Positions 13,051 to 26,466 are shown, counted from the first letter of the stretch. The stretch is 64,000 nt of DNA from Azolla caroliniana (GCA_043228905.1 JBHGNT010000009.1:10540001-10604000), one strand, 5' to 3'. Translations and numbers: made by a program. The notes: generated by a model not told the origin, from the letters alone.

Positions 13051-15586
13051 TTCCCATCCGGAGGGACCTGTCTCCCAAAACTCCCCCTTCACTCCGGCAT
13101 GGGGTGTCTTACCAGTCCGATTCTCTTCCGGCATGCATCCAGCTTGTCGGGTGTCAGCACTTTGGTCAGCATATCTGACCCGTTCTCGACCGTGTGGATC
13201 TTCGTCAGTGCGAACTCCTAGTCATCTACTCTTTCCCGGATCCAGTGATACCTCTGCTGGATATGCTTCGTCCGGGAATGGTAGGCCGCATTTTTAGCAA
13301 GGTGGATGGCACTTTGACTGTCGCAGTAGAGTCGGTATTCCTCTTGCCGTATACCGAGCTCTCCGATGAAGTCCTTCATCCATAAAATTTCCTTGCCGGC
13401 TTCCACAGCCGCCATGTGCTCCGCCTCTGTGGTTGACAATGCAACCGTCTTCTTCAGTCTTGACTGCCACGAAACAGCTCCCCCTGCATGTGTCATCACA
13501 TACCCGGATGTAGACCGGCTGGTATCCACATCAGCCGACATGTCTGAATCGGTGAAACCGTCCAGTTTAGGTTTTCCGGAGCCGAATCGAGACACATATT
13601 TGAAGTGCCCTTCAGATACCGGAGTATCCACTTGACCGCGTTCCAGTGCTCCTTGCCGGGATTGCTCATAAACCGGCTCACCACTCCGACTGCGTATCCA
13701 ATATCCGGTCGGATACACACCATTGCGTACATCAAGCTCCCGACGGCAGAGGCATATGGAATCTTCATCATATCTGCCTTCTCTCCTTTCGTCTTTGGGC
13801 TTTGCTTGCCGGACAGCTTGCAGTTTGCCGGAAGTGTCGATTCGACCGGTTTTGCTTCTAACATGTTGAACCGGTGAAGCACCTTTGTCACATACTTCTC
13901 CTGTGACAGCCATAATTGCTTCACTGACCGGTCCCGAATGATGTGCATCCCCAACATCTGTCTTGCCGGACCCAAGTCTTTCATTGAGAAGGTTCGGTTG
14001 AGGGCCTTCTTCAGCATCCATATTTTGACTTGGTCACGTCCGACGATCAACATGTCATCCACGTACAGGAGGAGTATCAAGAAGTCGCCTCCTTCGAACC
14101 TCTTCACAAACACGCAGTGATCGGCCTGCGTCTTGTGGTACCCTTGATCGGTCATGAAGGAGTCGAACTTCCGGTACCATTGTCGGGGAGCCTGCTTCAG
14201 TCCGTACAGGCTCTTCTTCAACTAGCATACCAGGTGCTCCTTCCCTTTCTCCACAAATCCTTCCAGGTTGCTGCATGTAGATCTCCTCTTCGAGGTCGTC
14301 GTGAAGGAATGTCGTCTTCACGTCCAGCTGCTCTACCTCAAGGTCCATGCTTGCTGCTATACTCAGCACCGTCCGGATGGAGGTCATCTTTACTACCGGG
14401 GCAAATATCTCGTCGAAGTCCACGCCCTTCTTCTACTGGAACCCCTTCACCACGATCCTAGCTTTGTATCTCGGGGGGTTTCCGGCATCTCCCGGTTTCA
14501 ACTTGTACACCCACTTGTTTCGGAGTGCCCCCTTTCCTTTCGGTAGCTCCACCAATTTGTACGTATGGTTCTCATGCAGGGAATCCATCTCGTCATGCAT
14601 GGCACTTAACCATTTTCGGTTGTGGGTGTCTTCCTTCGCTTCTTCGAAGCTTTCCGGCTCCCCCTCATCGGTCAGCAGAACATGCTCTGCATCCGGAAAT
14701 CTCCGGGGGGGCCTTCTCTCTCTTAGAGGATATCTCCGTCTTTGGGCTTCGGTAGCCGGCTCCTCTATTTGCTCTTCATCCGAATCCGATTCGGGGTCTT
14801 GACCGGTTCCGGTCTCAGCTTCCTCTACTTCTTCTTCTGCCGGTTCGGTATCCTCACCGTAACCGGCTGGTTCCTCGAGTGCTGACCGGTCTCTTGCCGG
14901 TTGGGTCTGCTCATCGTAGAGTCTATCCTTACCGGTCGACTCGGAGTTCATTATCTTCTTCTCCGACTCCCGGTCGGCGAGCGTCTTGTCCTCCATGAAG
15001 ATAATATCTCGACTCCGGAATACCTTCTTGTCGACCGGGTCCCACACTCGGTAGCCGAACTCATCGTCACCGTAACTGAGGAATATGCATGGCCGGGTCT
15101 TTGGATCTAACTTTCCTCTCCGGTCCTTTGCTACATGCACGTACGCGAGACACCCGAACACTCTCAGATGCCGGTAGGACACTTCCTTACCGGTCCATAC
15201 TCTCTGTGGCGTGTCTCCGTCCAAGGGTACTGAGGGTGATCTATTTATCACGTATGTCGCCGTCGACAGTGCCTCAGCCCAAAACTTCTTGGGTAGTTTT
15301 GCATGTGCTAGCATACTCCGGACCCTCTCCATTATGGTTCGGTTCATCCTCTCGGCCAGTCCGTTTAGTTCCGGCATCTTCGGCACAGTAAATTCGAGCC
15401 GGATTCCCTTCGAGCGGCGGTACTCCTCGAACTGCCCCCGGTACTCTCCTCCGTTATTTGCTCGAACCGCCTTCAGCTTCCGGCCGGTTTCTCTTTCCAC
15501 TCTCACGTGGAGCTCTTTGAAGACGGATAACACCTGATCCTTCGTCTTCAACGGTGTGGCCCACAGCTTCCGGTTGTGGTCATCTA

Positions 15587-15863
15587 TGATGAGAACTTGA
15601 CGTTCCTTATGTCCGACGCTCGGCCACAACCGAGATTCTTTACATACACAGAAAAACAGGTAATGAATCGCGACACAAAAGAGGAGAAATGATACACAGG
15701 AGGTATACGTGGAAAACCCCAAAATAGGGAAAAAAACCACGGCAGCCCACAAGCTGCAAACTGTCACTATGTAGAAATATACAACAGTGAGATCACTGAG
15801 GCAACGATCTCGTGCTCTCAGATCTTCGCCACAGGCGGCGGTTACAACAGAGGCAACGACCTC

Positions 15864-15902
<39 letters not shown>

Positions 15903-16223
15903 CAGTTACGAGCTCTGATTTCTTCTTGCACCAACAAGAAAGAATAATCACAAAAACGACAACTGCTCCAAAAAACTAAAGATTTGCCCTAAGTCATATT
16001 TATACTAATATGACTTTTCGGCTATTTACAAATGTAGCCACGATGGGCTCCATCCGGCTCTCCGCAGTCGGGTACTCCTCATTCAGTTCATACCGGGCCT
16101 ACACCATCCGACTCTCCGAAGTCGGGTTCTCCCCATCCGGTTCATACCGTTTCGGCCTCGGCCGAGTTTGTTCGTCGGCATTGTTCTTCTCCCTTCCCAT
16201 CCGGAGGGACCTGTCTACCAACA
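15587..16223 (-). mobile_element. Solo LTR of a sister Copia subfamily inserted in the integrase of 12427-18419; TSD ATCTA
   Basis: TG...CA termini and homologous to the host LTRs but diverged. ATCTA at 15582-15586 and 16224-16228. Splits the integrase at FVTFID|DHNRKLW. Confidence 0.93.
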
Positions 16224-17741
16224 ATCTATGAACGTCACGAAGTACTGCGCTCCGGCATGTGACTTCATGTCTACTTGGCACACATCCGTATGCACCAGCT
16301 CCAGTGGTGCATTACGTCTCATCGGTGGCCTTGGTTGGAAGGAGGTCCGGTTCTGCTTACCGACCAAACAATCAGTGCACTTCTCCAAGTGCACATTCTT
16401 CACTGGAATGAGGTTGTCGTCTGCAAGCCTCTTCATCCCCTTCTCGCTCATATGACACAGCCTCTTGTGCCACAGCTCACCGGCAGTGTCGGATGCCACG
16501 TTCACTTCTTCCAGACATAACCGGGCATTTATCAGGTACAACGTGTTTACCTTCCGGGCCCGAGCCACAATCAGGCTCCCTTTGCTGAACTTCATGACAC
16601 CGTTCCGGATGCTACCCGTGTAGCCTTCATCATCTAGCCGACCGGCTAATATCAGGTTCAGACGAACTTCCGGAACGTGTCGGACATCCTTCAGCAACAA
16701 CTTGCATCCGGTTGGTGTTGTCAGCCACACGTCTCCTATGCCGACAATTCGGCATGTACCTTCATTCCCCATCCGGACACAGCCGTGGTCACCGGCTGAG
16801 TAGGATGAGAAGCATTTCCGGTCCGGGGTAAGGTGGAACAACGCTCCGGAGTCTACCACCCAGGTCATCTCGTCGCCGGCAAGGTTTATCTCAACTCTTC
16901 TTCACTTGCCGCGATTGTCGTCGTTCCCTTCCGGTCCGGGGTTTGCTTCGAATCGGTACCGTCGGTTTCCTTGTCTTTACGGAAATGCCGACAGTTCTTT
17001 TGGAAGTGACCCGGCTTGCCGCAATAGAAGCAAGTGGGCCTTCCCCTTGACTTTGACCGTGTCCCCGACTTCTCCCGGTTCTGAGGACTACGGTTTCTAT
17101 GTCTTCCGCGTTCCGATTCGGTAAGGAGCGCTTTGGAGTCGGAGCTCGTATCTTTATCTTTCCGACGCGCCTCCTCATCTAGCAAGCTCGACTTTACTCT
17201 TGCTAGGGATAACCGTTTTCCTTCCGGCCCGGCGTTGCCCAAAGTGACAACCAACGTCTCCCAGCTATCCGGGAGGGAACCGAGCAGGAGTAGCGCTAGT
17301 ACCTCATCGGCAAGAGGTACTTCCAATGACGTTGCCTGGTGGATCAGCCCCTGGAAGGCATTCATGTGCTCCGCCATGCTGGAGCCATCTTGGTACCGGA
17401 GTCTTACTAGCTTCCGGAATACCGAAACCTGGTTAACAGCATTTTTGTTTTGGAACATTATGCCGATCTTCTCCCAGAGCTCATGAGCCTTGCTCTCTTC
17501 ATTGAAGTTGTTGTACAGGCTCATGTCGATGAAGCACCGTATGTACGCTGTTGTCTTCATGTGCATCACCTCCCATATCGCGGCGTCGATTTTGTCTGGT
17601 CTCTTGTCCCCGAACTGAATCGGCAGCCAGAGGTCTTTAACCACGAGCATGTCCCTCATCTTCGACTTCCACACTGAGTAGTTGGAGCCGGTGAGCTTGA
17701 AAATGCCGCCAAATGATTCGTCCATTTTCTGTGTCGATTTC

Positions 17742-17753
17742 GCTCTGATACCA
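17742..17753 (-). promoter_or_regulatory. Primer binding site for initiator tRNA-Met (TGGTATCAGAGC)
   Basis: GCTCTGATACCA on the + strand, 2 nt from the 5' LTR. Confidence 0.95.
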
Positions 17754-18029
17754 CTTGACGAGAACTTGTCGTTCCTTATGTCCAACGCTCGGCCGCAACC
17801 GAGCTTCTTTTCATACACAGAAAACGGGAAATAGAACACGACACAAAAGGAGAAATGGTACACAGGAGGTTAACGTGGAAAACCCCAAACTAAGGGAAAA
17901 ACCACGGCAGCCCACAGGCTGCAAACTGTCACTATGTAGGAATATACAACAGTGAGTTCACTGAGGCAACGACCTCGTGCTCACGGATCTTCGCCACAGG
18001 CGGCGGTTACAACAGAGGCAACGACCTCG

Positions 18030-18061
<32 letters not shown>

Positions 18062-21000
18062 CAGTTACACACTCTCTCTTCTTCTTGCACCAACAAGGAA
18101 GAATGACAACAACAACTAAAAGTTTTCCCTAAGTCATATTTATACTAATATGACTTTTCGGCTATTTACAAATATAGCCTCGATGGGCTCTCAGAAACAT
18201 ATTTACGAATATGTCTCTTCCTCCGGTTCATACCGGGCCTGCACCATCCGGCTCTCTGTAGCCGGGTACTCCTCATCCGGTTCATACCGGGCCTGCACCA
18301 TCCGGCTCTCCGTAGCCGGGTACTCCTCATCCGGTTCATACCGGGCCTGTATCATCCGGCTCTACGTAGCCGAGTACTCCTCATACCGTTTCCCATCCGG
18401 AGGGACCTGTCTCCCAACACTTTGATGGTCCTAGTAGAATTTGCTTTTGGTCGTCGAAGGCCGGATCTCTAGGTCGAGGTGCGAGATATGAACGTCGAGA
18501 TAGCGCATCTGGCTTCCCTCGTTGCTTCCCGAGGTGGAAAACGATCTTGAAATCAAAACAAGTTAGAAATTGTGCCCACTAAGCTTGTCTCCTATTTAAC
18601 ACTCGAGCCGTTTGAAAATACGTAAGATTTTTGTGATCACTATAAATGATTATTTGATGAGGCAATCCTTCCAAGAAATGTCGCCATTGCTCGAAAGAGC
18701 CAACCACAACTAGTAACTCCTTGTCATGCACCTCATAGTTTATCTCCGTAGTAGTAAATTTTCTCGAGTGAAATGCGACTGGATGGGACTGCCCGTCCTT
18801 GCCTGGTTGGGATAGGATACTCCCCAATGCAAAGTCTAATGCATCCGCTTCAATGGTAAATGACTTTTCGGGATCAATATGTGCTAATATAGGAGCTTAT
18901 GTGAATGCCTCTTTGAGTTGAGTAAAGGCTATGTCCGCTTCAATAGTCCAAACAAACGCTTGATTCTTCTTGGTGAGTTGGGTGAGAGGCAACACGATCT
19001 TTGAATAATTTCGTATGAATTTGCGATAGAAGTTAGCAAACCCGAGGAAACATTGGACGTCTCGAACAGAACGTGGGGGTTTCCATTCCAATATTGTTTT
19101 GACTTTTGCTGGATCCATGAAGATACCCTTAGATGAAATAGTATAACCCAAGAATTCGACTTGTTCGCTGTCAAAACTGCACTTCTCAAGTTTGGCATAC
19201 AGACCATACTTTCTTAAGCGTTCAAGTACTTTCCGGACATGTATATCATGCTCCTCCGGTGTTTTAGAGTAAATCAACAGATCATCTAAATAGATTATGA
19301 GAAAGATATCCAGAAAATCCCGGAAAATGTCATTTGCCATATGTTGGAAAACTGCGGGTGCATATGTGAGCCTGAAAGGCATGACTATATACTCGAAATG
19401 ACCATACCGAGTGCGAAATGCCGTTTTCCACTCATCTCCCGATCGAATGCGAACAAGATTATATGCACTCCTTAAATCAATCTTTGTAAAATGTTTTGCC
19501 CCACCAATGTGCTCTAAAAGACTGGAGATTAAAGGAAGAGCATACCTATTTCTTATGGTGACTTTATTTAATCCCTGATAGTCCACGACCAAATGAAGCG
19601 ATCCGTCCTTTTTCTTCACAAAAAATATAGGAGCACCGGCTGGAGATGTTGAATGTCGAATAAACCCATGTGCAAGACTCTCCTCGATGTATTCTAGAAT
19701 AACCTCAAGCTCAGTTGGTGATAGATTATAGATCGGACCCCATGGTGGCTCTTTTCTTGGTTGGAGGTCAATGGGACAATCATATGGTCAATGCTTTGGA
19801 AGTACACTAGCTTTGACTTTGTCGAAGACATCAACATATTCTTGATATTTTTCGGGAATTTGGATGTCTGGATTCCCCTTAGTCACACTAGAAGGTGTCA
19901 TTGATATTCCAAATAAGAAAAGTTCCTCCTTTCCTCCCACTTGGAACAATTGTTGCAATGTGATGGTTGAAATTCGGTGAAAAGGAGATGGTGCACTGGT
20001 AGAACTATATTGTTTAAGGGAATACTCTTGGGTTCAATCCTTAGCAATGATGTTTTCTGCAGAAGAGCACCAAATTTCTCGCCCCCAATCTATTCGTGGG
20101 TTATGTAGCTCGAACCATGGCAAACCAAGGACAATTGGATGCTCGGGGCTACGGATTATATTAATGGAAACTACACATCCTAAATCACCTAAGAGTATGT
20201 GTATTGGCTCCGACTCTTCGAAAATATTCCCGGAAGCTATGGGACGTCCATCAATCACTACTACGGAAACTGGGCAAGGAAGTGTGTGCAAGGATATTTG
20301 ATGTTTTTGGGCAAAATCTCTATCCATGAAACAAGATTTGGCTCCAGTATCTAAAAGGGCTTGGACGTGAAGTTGGCAACTTGGTGTCCTAACTTGTACT
20401 TGGGCTGAGAAGACTCTACTAACATGCTTGGATGAAATGGAACCTACACTAGGTTGTACAAAGCTAGGGTTGTCCAACCAAATGGCTCCTATTTTGGCCG
20501 GTCTTATTCATTTGACTCCTCTTCTAATTGGCTTAGGACTCAAACTTATTGGACAAGGGTGGATTATTCCTAATATTAGAATCACTAAGTGCTTCTAAAA
20601 TATTGGACTCATTCTTATTGTCATAGTGAATTTGATTTACCTAAAGTCTCGGCCTACGGGAGCAATGAATGGCTATATGTCATGGACCTCCGCAATATAA
20701 GCACAGACAGTTTGCTCAGCGTCGTTGCTTCTCTTCGTCCAACAATGGTCCTCGACATTGGGGCATTTCAATCTCCATGGGTGTCGGCCTCTCCATTGGG
20801 GCTGGGCTATGTGTTTGTCGTGGGGTTGGAGCAGGGCTATATGTTTGCCTTGGAGACGATTGCATCGTTACTGATGCATAAGTTGGTGTGTATCTTGATC
20901 TTGTTATTTGTTGTTGTCACTCACATCGACGCTCAAAAAGACGATTACCACACCGTATTGCTCGACTAATAGCTTTTGTAAGTGATTTTGGATCCTCGGG

Positions 21001-21694
21001 GAAGGTAAGAAGTTCTTCACATCACTACAAAGACCAGAACGAAATTGCTCCATTAGGGCTTGTTCATCCCAAGGAATATAGCTTGCGATGAGACGAAAAT
21101 TAGCTGCATATGTTGAGGTTGGTTGATCACCTTGACGTAGTGTACGAATCTTGTTGATTATCGTTCTTGCCCCATTTGTATCTCCGAAGCAAGGCTTAAA
21201 TTCTTTGACAAACTCCTCAAAATTATGTCGTAGAGGAGAATTTGTCTCTAGTAATGGAGCAAACCATGACAACGTTATGCCAGTCAATAAGGTGCCCACT
21301 AACCCGACTCGTGATGCATCTGTTGGATAACGCATGGGATGCATTTGGATTACCAACTGCACTTGATTCAAGAAACCTCGGAGATGCGCCCTTGAACCAT
21401 CGAATTTAGCTGGGAGACTGATTTTGGGGTCCTTAATACTTCCTTGACCTTCGACCCTTTGTTGTTGTAAAATTACAATTGTCAATTCTAATTGTTGCAC
21501 CCGTCGCGTAAACTCTTCTTCTTGTTGTTGCTTCTCAACAGTAACCTTTTGTAGATCCCCAAGAAGACATTGATTCTCTAATTCAAGAGATGTGAACTTG
21601 GATTTAATATTCTCCATTTCTGCAACAAGGGTGAGATATTCTTCCGAATTGATGGCAACCATGTTTCATGATGTTTATAGAGGAGGATAAGGGG

Positions 21695-21695
21695 G

Positions 21696-21755
<60 letters not shown>
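21695..21755. repeat. (GATA)n microsatellite
   Basis: Direct read. Confidence 0.95.
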
Positions 21756-22529
21756 TATATTATCATCTTCGGAGGTCAAATATGACCTATGAGACCAAAA
21801 ATATTATATTTCACGTGATACATGTGAAAGTGAGTAGTGACTCTCGATGTTCAAGAACTTTACCAATGAATGTTGCAATCGAGAGTGCACATTGTGGTTG
21901 TGAGAGGAATTCATGCAAGGATTGGGCTCGGTTGAAGAGATGTGGAAAGCATGGTCGAATATGATCAAAGGTAGAGCATTGTATCAAAGTGTGATACTCA
22001 GACTCGCGAACTTGTTTAGGGCAAAGTGTGCATAGCCGACCACTCTCATCACTTGAGCATCACTTGTGCCCCAACGCCCTGTTTCACATCGAATGGCAGA
22101 TAACGGTATGGGCTCTAACATGTATGGATGTGTACGATTTCCTCGTTCTGCAAAGAATATGGTTTTGTAGTTAGGTGCAACATGTGTAGTATAATGTGTG
22201 AAGCGTTGTCATGTGGTTTTTCACACACGATATGAAAACTAGTAAAACAATTATTTAATATTAGCTTAATGTATTCATCTAGATAAATATCTTCAAGAGC
22301 TTCATAGTGTATTTTACTACGCATGAAACGGATAAACAAGTATCAAGTTATGTGAGTATGAAGTTTGAAAAAGAAGAAAGAAAAGACAAAACTGTGAGAT
22401 ATCCCACATAGATAGGACAACATTGGAACCTAGGATATATAAGGGAAACCAAAACGTATTCATTCTATCAATGTGTGGAGCATAGAATGTCAAGGTGACT
22501 TGGGCTACATTGTGTGGTGTGCACACTTT

Positions 22530-23120
22530 AGGCGTACGTGCGTATGCACGACCGTGTTTAACACTTCGAGCATATGCTTGTATGCATGGTCGTGTTAATG
22601 CTTCAGGCATATGCGCGTGTGCATGGCCGCATCGACGTTTTTGGATGTACGCGCGTGTGTAAGTTTCGGGCATGCGGCGCGGTCAGGACTTTTGCGCACG
22701 GCCGCGTGGACGTTTCAGACGAACGCGTGTGTGCGAACGAGCGCGTGGCTGCGTACACGGCGTGTTCGGGACGTGCACATGTGTGGATGTGTACACTGAG
22801 CAATCGAGACTTTTGCGTGCGGACACGTCTATGGTTTGGTTGCGACGTACGTACGGATTGCGCATGGCCACATCGACGTTTTCGAATGTACGCGCGTGTG
22901 TAAGTTTCGGGCGTACGTGCGCATGCGACGCAGTCAAGACTTTTGCGCACGGCCACGTGGACATTTCAGACGAACGCGTGTGTGCGGACGAGCGCGTGGC
23001 TGCGTACACGGCACGGTCGGGACGTGCACATGCGTGGATGTGTACACTGCGCAATCGAGACTTTTGCGTGTGGACGCATCTATGGTTTGGTTGTGACGCA
23101 CGTACGGATTGCGCACGAGC
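22530..23120. repeat. CpG-rich tandem repeat, unit about 241-251 bp, about 2.4 copies
   Basis: GCATGGCC(G/A)CATCGACGTTTT at 22621 and 22862; GAGACTTTTGCGTG at 22806 and 23057. Confidence 0.85.
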
Positions 23121-23639
23121 TAAACTTTATGGATGATTGGGTCATTTGGCCAAATTATACAGACGATCACATGCAACTAAAAGCCAAGGCCATGCAACTA
23201 AAAGTAAAAGGCATGCAACTAAAAATAGAGGCCATGCAACTAAAAGTGGACATGCAAAGTAACATTGGGAAGGAGGATCAACAAAGAGCTGAATATATGT
23301 TCCATTTTTTTCCCTCTACTTTTTTTTTCCTCTTCCTTCTTCTTCTTCTCTCTTCCATTTCCTTGGGGAACAAATTATCTCTCAGATTGAAATCAAACTC
23401 TTGGCTTGGCTTGCTCAATCTTTCTTGTCAAAATTTATCTCTCATATTCATATTGGACCACTCCTTACATGGCTGTTGGCTCCTTTCTTTAAAAAAAAAT
23501 TTATCTCTCATTTTCATCTTCAACCCGTTGTAACAAGATTCTTGAATTATAAAAGAATCTATTTTCTGATGCTATAAATGAATGTTTTCTCTCATTTACT
23601 CGTCTTATATGTGAATTTTGCTTGTGTTGTACGTGTTGC

Positions 23640-24014
23640 ACTAAATCCTTCTAGTCCAGAACCCCGGCGGTTCCGCCTTGCAATCCACACATAGTAACGA
23701 ATTTTCACGACAGCGTGAGCCTCCACATTTGTCACATGTCATGATACATTGGCGTTGCAAAAAGGCCTCATTTACAAAGGAATCTAATGATGCATCACGA
23801 AGCAAGTGTCTTGCATCCCATCTACCAAACCATTTTTCTATATCTTGCATCTAATCGAAACACAAAATTTTGCTTTTATGCGTCTTTTGGATCTTTTTGC
23901 TTGCTTCCCACGCAATTCTAGGAAGTCGATGTGAGGAACTTTTTTGAACCTTAAGCATGTATTCAACAACCCTTTCCATGGCCATGATCTCAATGGGAAG
24001 CGATCTCATCTCAA
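23640..24014 (-). mobile_element. Degenerate non-LTR (LINE, possibly RTE-type) 3' fragment inside the chromovirus A leader
   Basis: The minus strand reads LRSLPIEIMAMERVVEYMLKV...RLPRIAW...DIEKWFGRW, like LINE post-RT segments. The family assignment is from memory. Confidence 0.4.
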
Positions 24015-24499
24015 GGAGAGAGAGAGAGAGAGAGAGTGAAAATTCGAATCAAATTGTCAGAACCAAGAGAAAAGATAGAGTGGTAAAAGAAAGATGTAAA
24101 GAGATCACGAGAAGAGAGGAATGAAGTGATAAGATAATAATGAATGTATTAGTAAGATAGAATGAAGATGGATACAAGAAAGGTGACAAAAGCTTAAGAC
24201 TGGTGTTGATTCGAATTGGTTTGAGAAGAATTGTATGTCCATATTTATAAGTTCCTATAGAATAGCCTAGTGATTTCTATAATGTTCTAGACCTAGAATA
24301 TTCTAAGATGTTCTAGGATATTCTATAATGTTCCAGAACATTTACAATAATAAATCTATTATAAGAAGTAGCTTTTATTATTTTATATAATCATATGCTA
24401 TCCTAATGGTTAGGTTCTTGATTATGTATTACAAGGTCTTGGGTTTAAGCCCAAGTGAAGCCATGATGTTTATGTATTCATGTCACAACACATGCTTTA

Positions 24500-25640
24500 T
24501 AGAGAAGACAAGAATTAAGCTTGGAAACATGACAATTGAAGCTAATTGATGGAATGCCATTAATTTTGAAAGGGATGTCAAATGTGCAGGGTCTCTAATA
24601 GTTAATCATTTATTGACATCTTGGCAAAGTATGTTGGAATTTGTGGAATGGCATCCTCCCCAAGAAAGGGGATGTGCCAATTCATTACAAATGGAGGTTT
24701 TGGCAACATCAAGGTTGTTGAGGTGGGGACTCGGGAGGTAAACAAATTCTTAACCCTCAATTCAATCAGATGGCTAGATTGGGTTTAGTAACAATCAAGG
24801 ATGTTATGTTGGTGTCACAAAGAAGATTAATGACCTTTTGAACAACAAGATCAACATTTTGTATTCCAAAAGGTTATAAGTTTATTTAGGATAAGTTGCA
24901 ATAATTATTATCTTCGTATGGGCCCATTCCTGATTTAGATGCGGGATCTCAAGAGCTTGATTGGATGTTTGTTGGAAATAGGCGATTCGCCATGATCTCA
25001 ACAAACGATGCTTATCACAAGTTGATTGACAAACAAACATAAGTGGATGGAAGAAAGGGTTATAAAGGTATGGGGTTTTCGTAAGCCCATTACCTAGTGG
25101 TTTCATGTGATCAAGGCAGGTTGGTGTTCTTGATTGATGCTATGAGCTAAGCTATTGATTTGGAGAGTTATGGTTGGAGCTTTACCATTGGGGGATGCAT
25201 TAAAAAAAAGAAACATTGATAGAGGAACATGTTTCTTTTGTTCAATGGAATTGGAACATAGTAGGCATTGATTTCTTTCATGCCTGATGGCTACAATGGT
25301 TTGGAGGTGTATTAATTTAGTGTGGATGTCTCTAACTAGAGTACGCCTATCTTCCTTCAGTTGCATTTTTGTACACATGGAGAACAATGAATTGATGCTT
25401 GATTTCCAAATTATTTTTGAGTTCTTGAGGTATTGGGGGCTATGGTTCAATTGGAATATGCAAAATGACTTCGTTTTTTATTCGCAAGTTGGAGTGAGAA
25501 AATATATTGTAAAGTTAAAAGGACTTCTTTTATGGCAATTGACAAGGCTAACGAAGTCACGAAATCTCCACCATAAAGAGAGAGAACTCTGCAAGGTCAC
25601 ATATAATCATATTCGCCATTTGAATTGGTGTGTAGAGTAG
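24500..25640 (+). mobile_element. Highly degenerate LINE fragments
   Basis: FVEWHPPQ (RNase H-like N-terminus), ATMVW and LRYWGLWFNWNMQNDFVF (L1 C-terminal W-x-x-W-x-x-(R)N-like motif), with many stops. Confidence 0.5.
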
Positions 25641-26098
25641 CATTTCGTAATGAAAGCCATTATTTACGAAAAAAAGAAAGAGAGAGAGAGAGCGAAGGAG
25701 GGGAATTCATCAAAATGGCACTCCAAGGGGGGTGTTCTGAGTTCAAGAAAGAGTGTTTGGCCATAGAATAAGAATGCCTTGCAACAATAAGGATTGGACG
25801 TAAGGGAGACAAACGAATTGAGAGATTTGATGATGATTGATCAAAAGTCTGCGGAAGGTGGGAACATACGATACGATACCGAAGATTCGTTCGAGTTGGC
25901 AAGAGCCGATTGTGCAATGTGTAAAACGAAGAAGGTTCCACCAAAAGCTTGGGTTGGGAGGAGTTGTGTGTGTGTGTGTGTGTGCATTGTACAAACTGTG
26001 GAGGGGCATTTCGTAATTTACTAAAACAAGAAAGAAGCAGAAGCAGAACACACCCACCCACCACATTTACAGAGGCAGAGGCAGAGGCAGAGGCAGAC

Positions 26099-26435
26099 AT
26101 GATGATGGAAGCTCTCTCCCCAGAAGACTATGAGAAGCTTGTCTTCTTTGAGACCACTCGAACAAATGCAGCAGAGACTTACCTTCACTCCCCCCATGAC
26201 TGTGATGTAAGTCCCTTTTTAATTTAGTTTAAGTTATTGTCATTATATTATTTCTTTGCCAAAATTTTAAGCTTTTGTTTTTCTTTGTTTGAGGCACCTG
26301 TTTGATGGGAGATTTATGGTTTCATATGCTTTTTATTTCTCTTCTTTTGAGAGGGTGGGAGACTTACTGTCTATTTTCTGTTGCTTTGTTTATGACATAT
26401 ATCAAACAAAGGATGAGAAAAAAAATCTTTTTTTT

Positions 26436-26466
<31 letters not shown>

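Larger units (their letters stand above)
12427..18419 (-). mobile_element. Full-length Ty1/Copia element nested in chromovirus A; 3' LTR 12427-13080, 5' LTR 17756-18419, TSD CTTTG
   Basis: Near-identical LTRs. CTTTG at 12422-12426 and 18420-18424. gag from ATG 17725 with a CCHC knuckle (CFYCGKPGHFQKNC), PR (VDSGA), INT, RT (YVDD) and RNase H, with a few stops and frameshifts. PPT 13081-13090. Confidence 0.96.
10443..24485 (-). mobile_element. Ty3/Gypsy chromovirus A (Tcn1-like), full length but degenerate; 3' LTR 10443-10868, 5' LTR 24055-24485, TSD CAACA
   Basis: Two similar LTRs of about 430 bp. CAACA at 10438-10442 and 24486-24490. PPT next to 10869. gag 21662-20504; protease (LLDTGA) 20477-20034; RT (YLDD) 19619-18897; RNase H; integrase 12420-11266; chromodomain YEVAAILDSK...YLVDWVGY...TWEP. 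Confidence 0.95.

Noticed and set aside
22317-23533. Cluster of Arg/Cys/His-rich ORFs
   Set aside because: Translations of the CpG-rich tandem repeat, open in several frames on both strands.
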